From assembly GCA_008080735.1 (NCBI GenBank), contig SHMW01000013.1, positions 15,918-77,859 of the forward strand: DNA of 61,942 bases, in the 5' to 3' direction. Below the pieces are notes generated by a model, which searched no databases, was not told where the DNA came from, and was given only the letters and a program-made list of their open reading frames with translations. Every line of letters starts with the position of its first letter. The stretch's first letter is position 1. This DNA comes from Promethearchaeota archaeon (lineage in GTDB: Archaea > Asgardarchaeota > Lokiarchaeia > Sigyniarchaeales > SOKP01). The translations under genes and the position numbers were made by a program. Positions 50,275 to 60,260 of this stretch are shown one piece after another.

Positions 50275-52305
50275 TTATTCTTTATAATTGAAATTACTTT
50301 CTAATCGGATATCGCGCGACGAGCTTCCTATCAAAACCTTATACTTACCTGCATCTACAGTCCAAGATTTCAGATTCTCATCATAGTATGATAATGCGTC
50401 TTTGGTAATCTCAAATTGTATCTTATTCTTTTGTTTTGGATTTAGAAAGACTCTCTCAAATCCTCTAAGTTCTTTTTCAGGGCGTTTAATTTTCGGTTCG
50501 ATTTCTTGGATATACAATTGAACTATTTCGGCTCCCTCTCTCTCACCAATATTTTCGAGGTCAAGTGAGACCGTAAGTGTTTCATCACCACTAAATTCTG
50601 TCTTATCCAATTGAATGTTTTCATACTTAAAACTCGTGAATGAAAGGCCAAATCCAAAGGGAAATAGCGGTTTTATTCCCTCCTTATCGAAATAACGATA
50701 ACCGACAAAAATATCCTCATCATAGAATACTTTTTCATTTCCAGGATACCTTTTATCTGTAATGTGGGCGGGTGAATCTGCCAATTGTTTTGGAAAGGTT
50801 AAGGGTAATTTTCCGGATGGGTTTATATCGCCAAAAATTATATCAGCAATGACATGTCCTCCTTCTTGTCCTGGATACCACGCCTCTATTATAGCTTTTA
50901 CTTTATTTATCCAACTTTCCATTTTAATTGGACTCCCATTGATTAAAACAACTACGATGTTCTCATTTGTTTTGCTGACTTCATCTATTAAATCTAATTG
51001 GTCTTTAGGTAATTCCAGACTCTCTCTATCCGAATTCTCCACATCATTATGCTCTTCATGATCCAATCCCAAAATTAGAAACACAAAATCCGCTTCAGAA
51101 ACATCATCAATTATTTCTATTTTATTTCCACCTTTTTTTTGTATCCCTTTAAATGGAGTGATTTCATAGGGAGGTTTGACCGCAGAGCTTCCGCCACCTT
51201 CTGCCAATTCCCTATCTGCGTTAGTCCCTTTTATCGCAATCTTTTGGACCTGCCCCATTTCTATCGGTAATACATTATCTTCATTTTTAAGAAGAACAAT
51301 TCCTTGTTCGGCAATTTTCCGGGCGAGATTTTGATGTTCTTTTGTATTTCGAGAACCTCTAGGAAGGGTTTTAGGATCATCAAAAATCCCGACTAAACAC
51401 ATTACACGTAATAGGCGCCTTACATCTTCATCTAATTCCTCTTCCGTGAACTTTCCTTGGGAATAGGCTTCTTTTAAATACCTGCGTTTATAATGCTTGG
51501 CCCGCGGCATTTCTAATGAGAGCCCCGCTTTTATACATTCTTCGGGATTATCAATTAAATGTGTTGCATTCCAATCACTTACAACAAATCCACGGAAACC
51601 CCATTTATCCATTAACACGTCTTTTAAGAGCCGTTTATGGGCACATCCGTACACACCGTTTATTTTATTATATGACCCCATTACCGACCATACATCCGCC
51701 TCTTCGACAGCGGCTTTATATGCTGGAAAATATATTTCTTCCAAAGCTCTCTGACTGACTTCAGCACTATAAGTATATCGGTTTTTTTCTTGATTATTAC
51801 AAATATAATGTTTGATACAAGCGGCAATTCGTTCTCCTTGTACTCCTTTAATAACCGGTACTGCTAGCTTCTTGTTTAAGTAAGGATCTTCAGTTTGATA
51901 TTCAAATGTGCGACCGCATAAAGGAGTTCTGTCGATATTAACCCCTGGCCCTAAGATCATATGTGATCCAACATCTCTTACTTCTTCAGCAATAGCTTTT
52001 CCAAATTGAAACGAAAGTTCGGGATTCCAACTGGCAGCTCGACAGATTCCCACGGGAAAATAGGTGCATTCTTTTCCACCAGAACTGTGAGGCGCTACAC
52101 CATGAGGCCCATCTGTCATGAGGAAAGGCGGTATTCCTAATCGATCGATTGGTTTTGTTTCCCATCTATGACGTCCCGCTAATAGTTTGAATTTTTCCTT
52201 GAGAGTTAGCCTATTTAACAAATCGTTAACTCTTTGCTCTATATCTAAGTCTTGATTCCTAAACGGAAGGTCTGAAAGTTCCTTTTCTTCTTGTTTTTCA
52301 TTCAT
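50275..52305 (-). CDS. glycoside hydrolase family 3 (beta-glucosidase-like)
   Basis: TDGPHG, GRTFEY.TEDP, KHY, VVSDW nucleophile, PFGFGLSFT, Fn3-like C-terminus. ATG at 52305 preferred as start. Confidence 0.93.
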   Translation of the reverse strand: MNEKQEEKELSDLPFRNQDLDIEQRVNDLLNRLTLKEKFKLLAGRHRWETKPIDRLGIPPFLMTDGPHGVAPHSSGGKECTYFPVGICRAASWNPELSFQFGKAIAEEVRDVGSHMILGPGVNIDRTPLCGRTFEYQTEDPYLNKKLAVPVIKGVQGERIAACIKHYICNNQEKNRYTYSAEVSQRALEEIYFPAYKAAVEEADVWSVMGSYNKINGVYGCAHKRLLKDVLMDKWGFRGFVVSDWNATHLIDNPEECIKAGLSLEMPRAKHYKRRYLKEAYSQGKFTEEELDEDVRRLLRVMCLVGIFDDPKTLPRGSRNTKEHQNLARKIAEQGIVLLKNEDNVLPIEMGQVQKIAIKGTNADRELAEGGGSSAVKPPYEITPFKGIQKKGGNKIEIIDDVSEADFVFLILGLDHEEHNDVENSDRESLELPKDQLDLIDEVSKTNENIVVVLINGSPIKMESWINKVKAIIEAWYPGQEGGHVIADIIFGDINPSGKLPLTFPKQLADSPAHITDKRYPGNEKVFYDEDIFVGYRYFDKEGIKPLFPFGFGLSFTSFKYENIQLDKTEFSGDETLTVSLDLENIGEREGAEIVQLYIQEIEPKIKRPEKELRGFERVFLNPKQKNKIQFEITKDALSYYDENLKSWTVDAGKYKVLIGSSSRDIRLESNFNYKE

Positions 52306-52443
52306 ATTAAAAAGAATAAATGTGAAAGAAAAATAAGTTTTATTTACCGATTCTTTTAATCTTATTCCTATTCTCAATTTTTTAGTTTTGCACTTAGTTG
52401 AAAGCAATCGGAAATAAAAAAAGAAAGAATGAATTGTTTGATT

Positions 52444-52836
52444 TTATTTGTAATTTATTATAAATTCAATAAAAAAACACGCAAAAATAAAATCAAGCGA
52501 TCCCAGAATAACGATAATGATATCCAAGTCTCCGATTAGGAAATAAATCACGCAGAAGGCAAAAAAGCTAAGCTTACTTAATATTCCTAACCAGACGCAA
52601 CCTGTGTTTTTATCGATATCCAAACCCACAATAAAATAACCAATTCCATATACAAAAATTAGTCCCAAAAGGGAATGTAAAAAGAACAAGGTCGGAGGGC
52701 GGGAAGATCCAAACAACTCAAACACATCGGGCATTATAATACTTATGGATATGAACGAGATTGCCATCAACCAATTAAAAATTCCGCCTATTTTAAAAAG
52801 ATATTCATAATACACTCGTTTTTCCATTTTCATCAC
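52444..52836 (-). CDS. small 4-TM membrane protein
   Basis: Four hydrophobic segments; GAGGTG RBS. Confidence 0.75.
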   Translation of the reverse strand: MMKMEKRVYYEYLFKIGGIFNWLMAISFISISIIMPDVFELFGSSRPPTLFFLHSLLGLIFVYGIGYFIVGLDIDKNTGCVWLGILSKLSFFAFCVIYFLIGDLDIIIVILGSLDFIFACFFIEFIINYK

Positions 52837-52993
52837 CTCATATTATATTTTTGGAAACTAAATTAACAAGAATTATGTTATATTATACCTTGATTTTTTT
52901 CAATTTAAATCTTTAAACGTCTAAATATTCTAAAATGATAATGCTTAATTTTTTGGTTTTATTAGGTGTTATAAAAAATAGAGAATATCAAAA

Positions 52994-53377
52994 ATGGAAT
53001 ATATTATCATAAGAAATGAAAAGATAGGGGAGGTTAAAGCAAAATTATTAAAAGATAAAAACCCAAACACATGTGAAGAAATCTGGAATGCTTTACCCTT
53101 AGAATTGAATTTATCTCGGTGGGGGGAAGAGCTTTATGGGTCAATTCGTGTTGAGATAGATGAAGAAAATTCTCAATTAGAATGTGAAGTTGGTGATATC
53201 GGGTATTGGATGGGTGGAAACGGATTTTGTATCTTTTTTGGAAAAACTCCCGCAAGTACAAGTGGAAAACCAAAAGCTGCATCTGCAGTAAATATCTTTG
53301 CAAAGATTGAGGATGCTGATCCAAAAATATTTACTCAGTTTTCCGAATTTAAGGGAGTTGTAAAAAAAGGGGTATAA
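52994..53377 (+). CDS. cyclophilin-like fold protein (DUF369-like)
   Basis: P.T...I..ALP, RWGEE.Y, GDIGYW..G..FCIFFG.TP. Confidence 0.85.
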   Translation: MEYIIIRNEKIGEVKAKLLKDKNPNTCEEIWNALPLELNLSRWGEELYGSIRVEIDEENSQLECEVGDIGYWMGGNGFCIFFGKTPASTSGKPKAASAVNIFAKIEDADPKIFTQFSEFKGVVKKGV

Positions 53378-53385
53378 AAAAAAAT

Positions 53386-54246
53386 TTAATAATTTGTATC
53401 TTTTCCTAATTTTTTTCTCGCTTTTTTTAGATCTCTATCAAGTATCCAGAAGACTAGTTTAGGGAAATGTCGTTTTACCCAGAACATCCATCCAGCCTCT
53501 CCAGGTTTAATGTAAAAATCTTTATCGAGTATTCCTTCTATAAACGGTTCTGCGATCTCTTCTGGTTGCATTAGTCCTCCGCGCTCGGAAATAATTTTAC
53601 ACTCATCTGGTTTCAATTTATTTTCTCTCTCAAATGTCGAAGTCTCCGTGTCGGGGGGGAAGATCACTGAAATATCAATTTTATATGGTGAAAGTTCATT
53701 TTTTAGTGTCTCAGCTAACCCTACAATAGCAGCCTTTGTCGGAGTATATGCGGTATACCCGATTAACCCAATATATGCGGCAACTGACGCTACAAACGCA
53801 ATATGTCCATTGCATCGCTCCATAAAATAAGGAAGAAGAATCAACGTAGGAACTAATTGTCCGTAATAATTCACATCCATATGGTTTTTAAAATCCTCCA
53901 ACGCATAATTTTCTACATAATTAGGGAGTGCCATCCCCACAACATTAATCAAATATTCTGGTACGCCATGTTCCTCAATATAATTTTTAATAAGTGGTTC
54001 AAGCTTGTCCATGTCTGTAGTATCACAAGAAATTGATTCTATATGTTGGGAATCATCCATTTTGAGTGAGGTTAATAATAATTTAGCTTCTTCTAGTTTT
54101 TCTTCCCTCCGCGCAATAATACATACATCTCCGCCCAATTTGACGATTTCTTTTGCTGTTGCCAGACCTATTCCTTCACTTGCTCCACATATTATGGCAC
54201 TTTTTTCCTTAAACGGTTGTTTTTTGAGTAATTTTTTACTTGTCAT
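53386..54246 (-). CDS. SDR resembling 3-ketodihydrosphingosine reductase (KDSR/Tsc10-like)
   Basis: GASEGIG, GYTAYTPTK, FPPDTET..FERENKLKP.E..IIS. Confidence 0.8.
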   Translation of the reverse strand: MTSKKLLKKQPFKEKSAIICGASEGIGLATAKEIVKLGGDVCIIARREEKLEEAKLLLTSLKMDDSQHIESISCDTTDMDKLEPLIKNYIEEHGVPEYLINVVGMALPNYVENYALEDFKNHMDVNYYGQLVPTLILLPYFMERCNGHIAFVASVAAYIGLIGYTAYTPTKAAIVGLAETLKNELSPYKIDISVIFPPDTETSTFERENKLKPDECKIISERGGLMQPEEIAEPFIEGILDKDFYIKPGEAGWMFWVKRHFPKLVFWILDRDLKKARKKLGKDTNY

Positions 54247-54267
54247 AATTTCACTCTTTTTGAATTA

Positions 54268-54678
54268 TTATACTGCTATTACAGAGAAAACGCTCCATGC
54301 ATACCACAGAAAAAGCGGGCCGAAAATAACGCAAATAAGATTTATGAAAAGATTCATCATTATATCTGATGGAGAGCCTTTAAATCCTCCATTTTGTATG
54401 TTAAATGAAATATCTAATAACCCAAGGAAAATTAAGGCGCTACCGGAAATTATAGTAAAAAAGAGCCCAAAGATTTCATCAATAAGTAATCCTATCGCAC
54501 CGACAAATAATGTTGGAGTGACCCATCCTAAGTCGGGTACTGGAAATGAACGTTCAAAAGCTAAATATATCTCTGTGTTTTCTGGATCTCGGTTTTCCAC
54601 CATAAAAAAGTAGATCCAGAACCCAATAAAGCCTAACGCTAGCAAAATTTGAAAAATCGCAACAATAATATTCAACAT
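54268..54678 (-). CDS. small 4-TM membrane protein
   Basis: Hydrophobic segments, FERSFPVPD motif; 21 nt upstream of the KDSR-like gene. Confidence 0.75.
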   Translation of the reverse strand: MLNIIVAIFQILLALGFIGFWIYFFMVENRDPENTEIYLAFERSFPVPDLGWVTPTLFVGAIGLLIDEIFGLFFTIISGSALIFLGLLDISFNIQNGGFKGSPSDIMMNLFINLICVIFGPLFLWYAWSVFSVIAV

Positions 54679-54820
54679 GTTTGGTATTCCTCTAAATAAA
54701 ATGTTCTAATATTTAATGTGTGAAGTTAGTATTTAAAACTAGTTTTACTTCTATTTTAATGGATTTAACGAATTGGGGTTATAAAAAAGATTTTAATAAT
54801 TTCATAACGAGGTTACTAAT

Positions 54821-57448
54821 ATGAATTTACGTAAAAGTAAAAAAATTAAATCCGAGCCTATTAATTGGATTTTAATCGCGATTTCTTTCTTAGTACTGGC
54901 GGGACTTGGGCTCATATTTATTACTCAAATGGAATTTCAATCGGGTTGGTTTTATCAAGATCTCCGTGAAACCTATTCAATGGAATTATATGCATTTAAA
55001 ACTGATGATATCGGTGGAAATGGCAATGAAGATATAATTTCTTATGTTGATATTCACCGGAGAGATGACTCTGTAAAACCTCAGTACGATACACCCCAAT
55101 TTGGAGCCGTTTTAGCCCTCGATGGGGCTACTGGAACCAATTTATGGATGAATACATATACTGGACCTGTGAAAAAAGTCTTTCCTTTACCCGATTTGGA
55201 TGGTGATTCGATTCAAGATTACTTCATCTCTGTTGCCACGGTAAATGAAAGCTGGTATAATTTTTCACATGATTGGGGTTATGAAATGAAACCTTATATC
55301 TATATTGATCAATTTACTAATAAAATAATATCGGGGAAAGATGGTGAGGATATTGTGACGGCTGAGGATTTTCCATCAACGGGGTTTATCGATATGATAG
55401 CATTAGACAATTTAGATGATGTAGGAGATTTATTTTGTCTCGAATACTATAATGGATCCTATGATGATGATTATAATGTAAATATCACAAGCTATTATAG
55501 CAACGGAACTCAAATATCAAGTCATAACTTTACTGGATACAATCAATTAGATAATTTTTATGGAAAAGATTTTCGTCCAAGTTTGGATTTTTTACCGATC
55601 AATGATGAAGACTACATACTACTTATTTCCGGGGATGGGATCTCACTGCTTAATTTAACTACTTTAGATACGCAAAACCCTGAAAATAAGTATTCATGGA
55701 AGGATAAGAATCTGGAATTTGAGAATATAGTGAAAGTTAAGGATCAGAATGCCGATGGAAATGAAGAGGTTTTATTAATAAACCGATATTCAGATATCGA
55801 CCATAAATTTAATACTACTCTCTTAGACGGAGGTGACTTTTCTGTAAAAGATTCTTTTAATCTTTCTTTGGATGAAGGATTTGATTATCAATGTGAAGGA
55901 TTAGAGCAATTATTTTATTTGGGGGAAGAAAATAAGACTTATGTTTTGATTAATTTGGAAGGTGATAATGATCAAACCCAAGCGAGAAACCTATATAGCT
56001 TTGTTTATGAACTCGACTCATTCGGATTTGGAGAAAATCCCCTCTGGGAATATGAAAAACGATTTGATGATGATAATGGTAATGTCCACACATTTGCCCT
56101 TCAAGAAGATCTCGATGGTGACTTCCTTGGAGAAATAGTACTAATTGAATCATATAGGCCGTTACTCTCTCCTCAAGTTAATAGATACCGCATAATTAAC
56201 CCAAATTCCAATAAAAATTTAGCAATCATAAATACGGATCAATGGGTTCAAGATATCTTTACTATAGATGATTTTAACGGTGATAGCAAAAAGGATATGC
56301 TAATATTAAGTTGGCAATCAGTTTCGGCGCTCTCTACACAAGATCCCGTCCCTATATTCCTTTCAAGCATTTTTCCATTAGGAATCCCCTTATTTATCAT
56401 TTTTCTCGCAATGATAATCATCGGAATAGTTATATTAATACGAAATGGAAAAAAACTTAGTGTTCAAAGAGAAAAAATTGTGGGTAGTCTTAAGGAGAGA
56501 AAATTGGCTGTAATAGTAAATTTTGTGGTAATATCGTTGATGACTCTAACCTTTATGATGTTTTTACTACAGATTAATATCTTTAACCAAACACTCATCA
56601 CGGGGCACTATATGACAAATATTTCTATTGCCTTTCTTACTACCTCGATAATATGGTATGCTTTATTACCCTTCACGGCGGCAATCTATAATCATTTTGC
56701 TCCGAGATTCGCCTATTTCTTTATAAATCTTAGAAATTTCTCGTTTAAATTGTCAAAACGATATTATAATGAGATATTTGTTGTTGATATGGAAGGCAGG
56801 GAAGAATTGGGCCTGCTTGTAAAATTAAAGAGAGTATTATTGCCTTTGCTTTTCTCAATTGCTATTGGGTTTTACACCTATAATACCGCAGCACCTATAT
56901 TGGGATATCCCATGGGATTTGATGTATTCGCATCTGAAGAATTCTTTAACTTTATCGTAGGTTTCAATATTTTATGCGTCTTACCGATGATTTTAACGTA
57001 CATTTTTTTCTCGTTTTTTATTGCGGGTAATTATTTATTAGATGATGCGGGTATTGTGTATTTCAGACAACCTAAAAAACATCGTCAGCCAGGAGATATT
57101 GAACCGATTAGTATTTGGGCTCAATCCATAATTAAAGGAGTGGCCGGAATTTCAGCGATTATTACATTCGTTCAATTTTTCTCTAGCGTCGATTTCTCAG
57201 GATTCTTTCAAGGAGAAGGGGTTTCTATCATATTTGGTTTTTTTATGACTATTGTATTCTTTTGGGGTATTCCGTTCCTAACCGCATTTAGCTATATTTT
57301 ACTGGCTGAAGAGATTATGGAATTTTCCTTAGAAGAAAATAAGAAAAAACTATATGAAATTATGGAAACCAATGGATATGATACGGAGCCAAGAAAAATC
57401 ACCAATCTTAAACCTCAAGAGAAGGAAATCACGAAGGTTTCTGATTAA
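54821..57448 (+). CDS. membrane protein: N-terminal TM, DxDGD-repeat beta-propeller ectodomain, ~7-TM C-terminal domain (paralog 1)
   Basis: DLDGDSIQD, DQNADGNEE, DLDGDFLGE, DFNGDSKKD repeats; many N-glycosylation sequons; seven hydrophobic segments after residue ~510. Confidence 0.85.
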   Translation: MNLRKSKKIKSEPINWILIAISFLVLAGLGLIFITQMEFQSGWFYQDLRETYSMELYAFKTDDIGGNGNEDIISYVDIHRRDDSVKPQYDTPQFGAVLALDGATGTNLWMNTYTGPVKKVFPLPDLDGDSIQDYFISVATVNESWYNFSHDWGYEMKPYIYIDQFTNKIISGKDGEDIVTAEDFPSTGFIDMIALDNLDDVGDLFCLEYYNGSYDDDYNVNITSYYSNGTQISSHNFTGYNQLDNFYGKDFRPSLDFLPINDEDYILLISGDGISLLNLTTLDTQNPENKYSWKDKNLEFENIVKVKDQNADGNEEVLLINRYSDIDHKFNTTLLDGGDFSVKDSFNLSLDEGFDYQCEGLEQLFYLGEENKTYVLINLEGDNDQTQARNLYSFVYELDSFGFGENPLWEYEKRFDDDNGNVHTFALQEDLDGDFLGEIVLIESYRPLLSPQVNRYRIINPNSNKNLAIINTDQWVQDIFTIDDFNGDSKKDMLILSWQSVSALSTQDPVPIFLSSIFPLGIPLFIIFLAMIIIGIVILIRNGKKLSVQREKIVGSLKERKLAVIVNFVVISLMTLTFMMFLLQINIFNQTLITGHYMTNISIAFLTTSIIWYALLPFTAAIYNHFAPRFAYFFINLRNFSFKLSKRYYNEIFVVDMEGREELGLLVKLKRVLLPLLFSIAIGFYTYNTAAPILGYPMGFDVFASEEFFNFIVGFNILCVLPMILTYIFFSFFIAGNYLLDDAGIVYFRQPKKHRQPGDIEPISIWAQSIIKGVAGISAIITFVQFFSSVDFSGFFQGEGVSIIFGFFMTIVFFWGIPFLTAFSYILLAEEIMEFSLEENKKKLYEIMETNGYDTEPRKITNLKPQEKEITKVSD

Positions 57449-57559
57449 TAGACCAATTTTCTATATTTTTTTTTCTTCTTCTTCATTATCTTGTTGATTT
57501 TAATAACCTTCTACAATTAATAAAATATTAATGTGGAGAATTTCTTTACCTTTCTTAAT

Positions 57560-60154
57560 ATGAATTTACGAAAAAGTAATAATACCAAATCTCAACCTAT
57601 TAATCTCGTATTGGTTGGAGTGTCCTTTTTAATCTTTTCGGGTTTGGGGTTGATATTTATCACCCAAATGGAGATGCAACCGGGCTGGAGTTGGAGCGAA
57701 TATCAAGCACTGTATCCATATGATCTTTCGTTGTTAGAAATGGATGATATAAATACTGACGGTAAGAACGATATTTTGGTCTATGCTGATATACGATATG
57801 AGGATGATGCTTTAAATAATGTACCCCAGTCGGGAGGTCTGTTTGCGTTAAGTGGTCTGACGGGGTCAAAAATTTGGGAAAGAATTACAAATAATCCAGT
57901 CAAGGAAGTACATCCTGTATTTGATTTAGATGGGGATGGAATCACTGACTATCTAGTAAGTGTTGCAAGTGTTGATGAATCATGGAACGAAAATCAGCAA
58001 CCAGAATATAATTTTGAAGACTTTTCCAATTTGGTTATCTCAGGAAAGAATGGGTCCTTTGTAACACCGGACGAGTTTTTTACGAACAACCCTATACTCG
58101 ACTCAGTGAGTTCTTCAAACACACCAGATGATATTGGATATATATATTGTCTCGAAGCCATTAATGGTACACAGATCTCAATTAATCTTACCGTATATTC
58201 ATTAAACAATGGTTCCCGGGTTATTGGGCTTCCAACGGGAGAATTCGAAGATTATTATTGGGGGGCTGACGAAAGTAATAGAGCACTGATAAGTTTTAAT
58301 AGGGATAGTGAAGATCAACTTCTTTTTATTGGAGAAACATCTTTCTCTTTATTAAATCGAACCAATCCATCTTTTTCAAATCCCATTTATGACTATATAT
58401 ATGCGGGAGAGGCACACACTATAAAGGCTCATGAAATAATAGAAGACCTTAACGAGGATGGAGTAAAAGAAATTTTGATCATTACCGAATATGATTCTGA
58501 CCTAAGTATCAACAAAAAATTTAATCTGACATGGTTTAATGGACGTAATGGGTCTCTTATGGGTTCGTTTAACCAGTCCTTATCAGGGGCAACTGCGGAA
58601 ACTTGGATGGAAGTATCTACGGAAGAGATTTATAGTTCTCCTGGAGACAATGAATCGTATGTATTGATAAATATGCTTTATAGACCAGGCAATGAAAATA
58701 TTATTGATACGCTAATATACAAATTTCGAGAAAATAATAAAGAATTAATATTTTCTAAAACAATTTCAGATGAACATGATGTTACACCCATATTTTCCTT
58801 AGATGATGATATTGACGGTGATGGGATAAGTGAAGTCATTTCCGTGGAAACGGTTCAACCACTCTTTTCTCCATCCAAAGTCAATAGATTTAAAGTTTTC
58901 AGTTTTATCGATGATAGCGTCTATAGCATAATTAATACCGACTCCGACGGATATGAATTAATTCCAATTCAAGATATTGATGGAGACAACAGAAAAGATA
59001 TGGTTTTTAGTGGTTGGATATCTGTATTAGCACTTTCGTCCAGCGATCCTCAAATGCTATGGATATCACCTGCGTTTCCAATAGGAATTCCATTATTGAT
59101 CGTTCTTATCACTTTAGGCATTCTTGGAGTATTTTTGGTGATTTTCTTTGGGAAAAGAATGACCTTTAAGAAAGATAAGATAAGGGAAGGCTTTCAGAAA
59201 AGAAAATTAGCTACAATAGTAAATATTGTTGTATTAATCCTTATGACATTAAGCTTCCTCCTTTTCTTGCAAACGATAAATATCGCAAATAAAACGCTTA
59301 TTGTCGGAGAAGGGATAACGGAGATAATAATCATTTATCTTTCGGTAACGATTATTTGGTATGGGATGCTCCCGTTAACCGCAGCAATCTTTAATGCATT
59401 CGCACCGAGATTCGCATTTCTTTTCGTAAAACTTAGGAACTTCTTTTTCAAATTATCAAAAAAACGATACCATAATGAGATAGTGGTTTCAGATATGGGA
59501 GAAAGAACATCGATCGGCAGTATAATTAAGCTCAAAAGAGTTGTTTTGCCGCTTCTATTATCGATTGCTATCGGCTTTTATACCTACAATACAGTCGCAC
59601 CCATTCTGGGCTATAGTCAATCCTTTGAGACCTTTAACGGAGATGATTTCATCGACTTCATCGCGGGATATTCTCTGTTATGTATGCTCCCAATGATTCT
59701 TACATTCGTTATTTTCTCGTTTTTTATCGCGGGTAATTATTTATTGGACGATGCTGGAGTCGTTTACTTTCGACAATTAAAGGAAGATCGGTCACCAGGA
59801 GATATTGAACCAATTAGTATCTGGGCTCAATCTATCATCAAAGGTGTTGCGGGAATCTCTGCGTTGGTGACTTTTTTCACTTTCTTAAGTTCCGTAGATT
59901 TTACCGGGTTTTTCATCGGCGGTGAGACTGTGATATTTATGATTTTTGGCATTTTTTTAGTCACCACACTCTTTTGGGGAGCACCATTCCTCGTCTCATT
60001 TTCGTATATCTTATTTGCCGAGGAGATCATGGAATTATCCGTAGAGGAAAATACGAAGAGATTATACGAAATTATGGAAAAGAACGGATTTGACACCACA
60101 CCAAAGAAATTAATAAATCTTTATCCCAATGGATTACCCGAAACAAGAGATTAA
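57560..60154 (+). CDS. membrane protein: N-terminal TM, DxDGD-repeat beta-propeller ectodomain, ~7-TM C-terminal domain (paralog 2)
   Basis: Same architecture. The ATG at 57560 gives the MNLRKS start shared with paralog 1; shared GNYLLDDAG and PGDIEPISIWAQSIIKGVAGISA. Confidence 0.85.
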   Translation: MNLRKSNNTKSQPINLVLVGVSFLIFSGLGLIFITQMEMQPGWSWSEYQALYPYDLSLLEMDDINTDGKNDILVYADIRYEDDALNNVPQSGGLFALSGLTGSKIWERITNNPVKEVHPVFDLDGDGITDYLVSVASVDESWNENQQPEYNFEDFSNLVISGKNGSFVTPDEFFTNNPILDSVSSSNTPDDIGYIYCLEAINGTQISINLTVYSLNNGSRVIGLPTGEFEDYYWGADESNRALISFNRDSEDQLLFIGETSFSLLNRTNPSFSNPIYDYIYAGEAHTIKAHEIIEDLNEDGVKEILIITEYDSDLSINKKFNLTWFNGRNGSLMGSFNQSLSGATAETWMEVSTEEIYSSPGDNESYVLINMLYRPGNENIIDTLIYKFRENNKELIFSKTISDEHDVTPIFSLDDDIDGDGISEVISVETVQPLFSPSKVNRFKVFSFIDDSVYSIINTDSDGYELIPIQDIDGDNRKDMVFSGWISVLALSSSDPQMLWISPAFPIGIPLLIVLITLGILGVFLVIFFGKRMTFKKDKIREGFQKRKLATIVNIVVLILMTLSFLLFLQTINIANKTLIVGEGITEIIIIYLSVTIIWYGMLPLTAAIFNAFAPRFAFLFVKLRNFFFKLSKKRYHNEIVVSDMGERTSIGSIIKLKRVVLPLLLSIAIGFYTYNTVAPILGYSQSFETFNGDDFIDFIAGYSLLCMLPMILTFVIFSFFIAGNYLLDDAGVVYFRQLKEDRSPGDIEPISIWAQSIIKGVAGISALVTFFTFLSSVDFTGFFIGGETVIFMIFGIFLVTTLFWGAPFLVSFSYILFAEEIMELSVEENTKRLYEIMEKNGFDTTPKKLINLYPNGLPETRD

Positions 60155-60260
60155 TACTGAATAATTTAAATATTTTTTTTCTTTTAACTTATTTTGAATT
60201 TTGTGTAAGAAAATAGGGAAATTAGAAAATAATTAATTTAATCAAGTAAAATTATAAATA

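Noticed and set aside
54005-54613. 202-aa plus-strand ORF and the many other 60-130-aa antisense or nested ORFs in the track
   Set aside because: They are shadows of well-supported genes on the opposite strand or in another frame, with no motifs.
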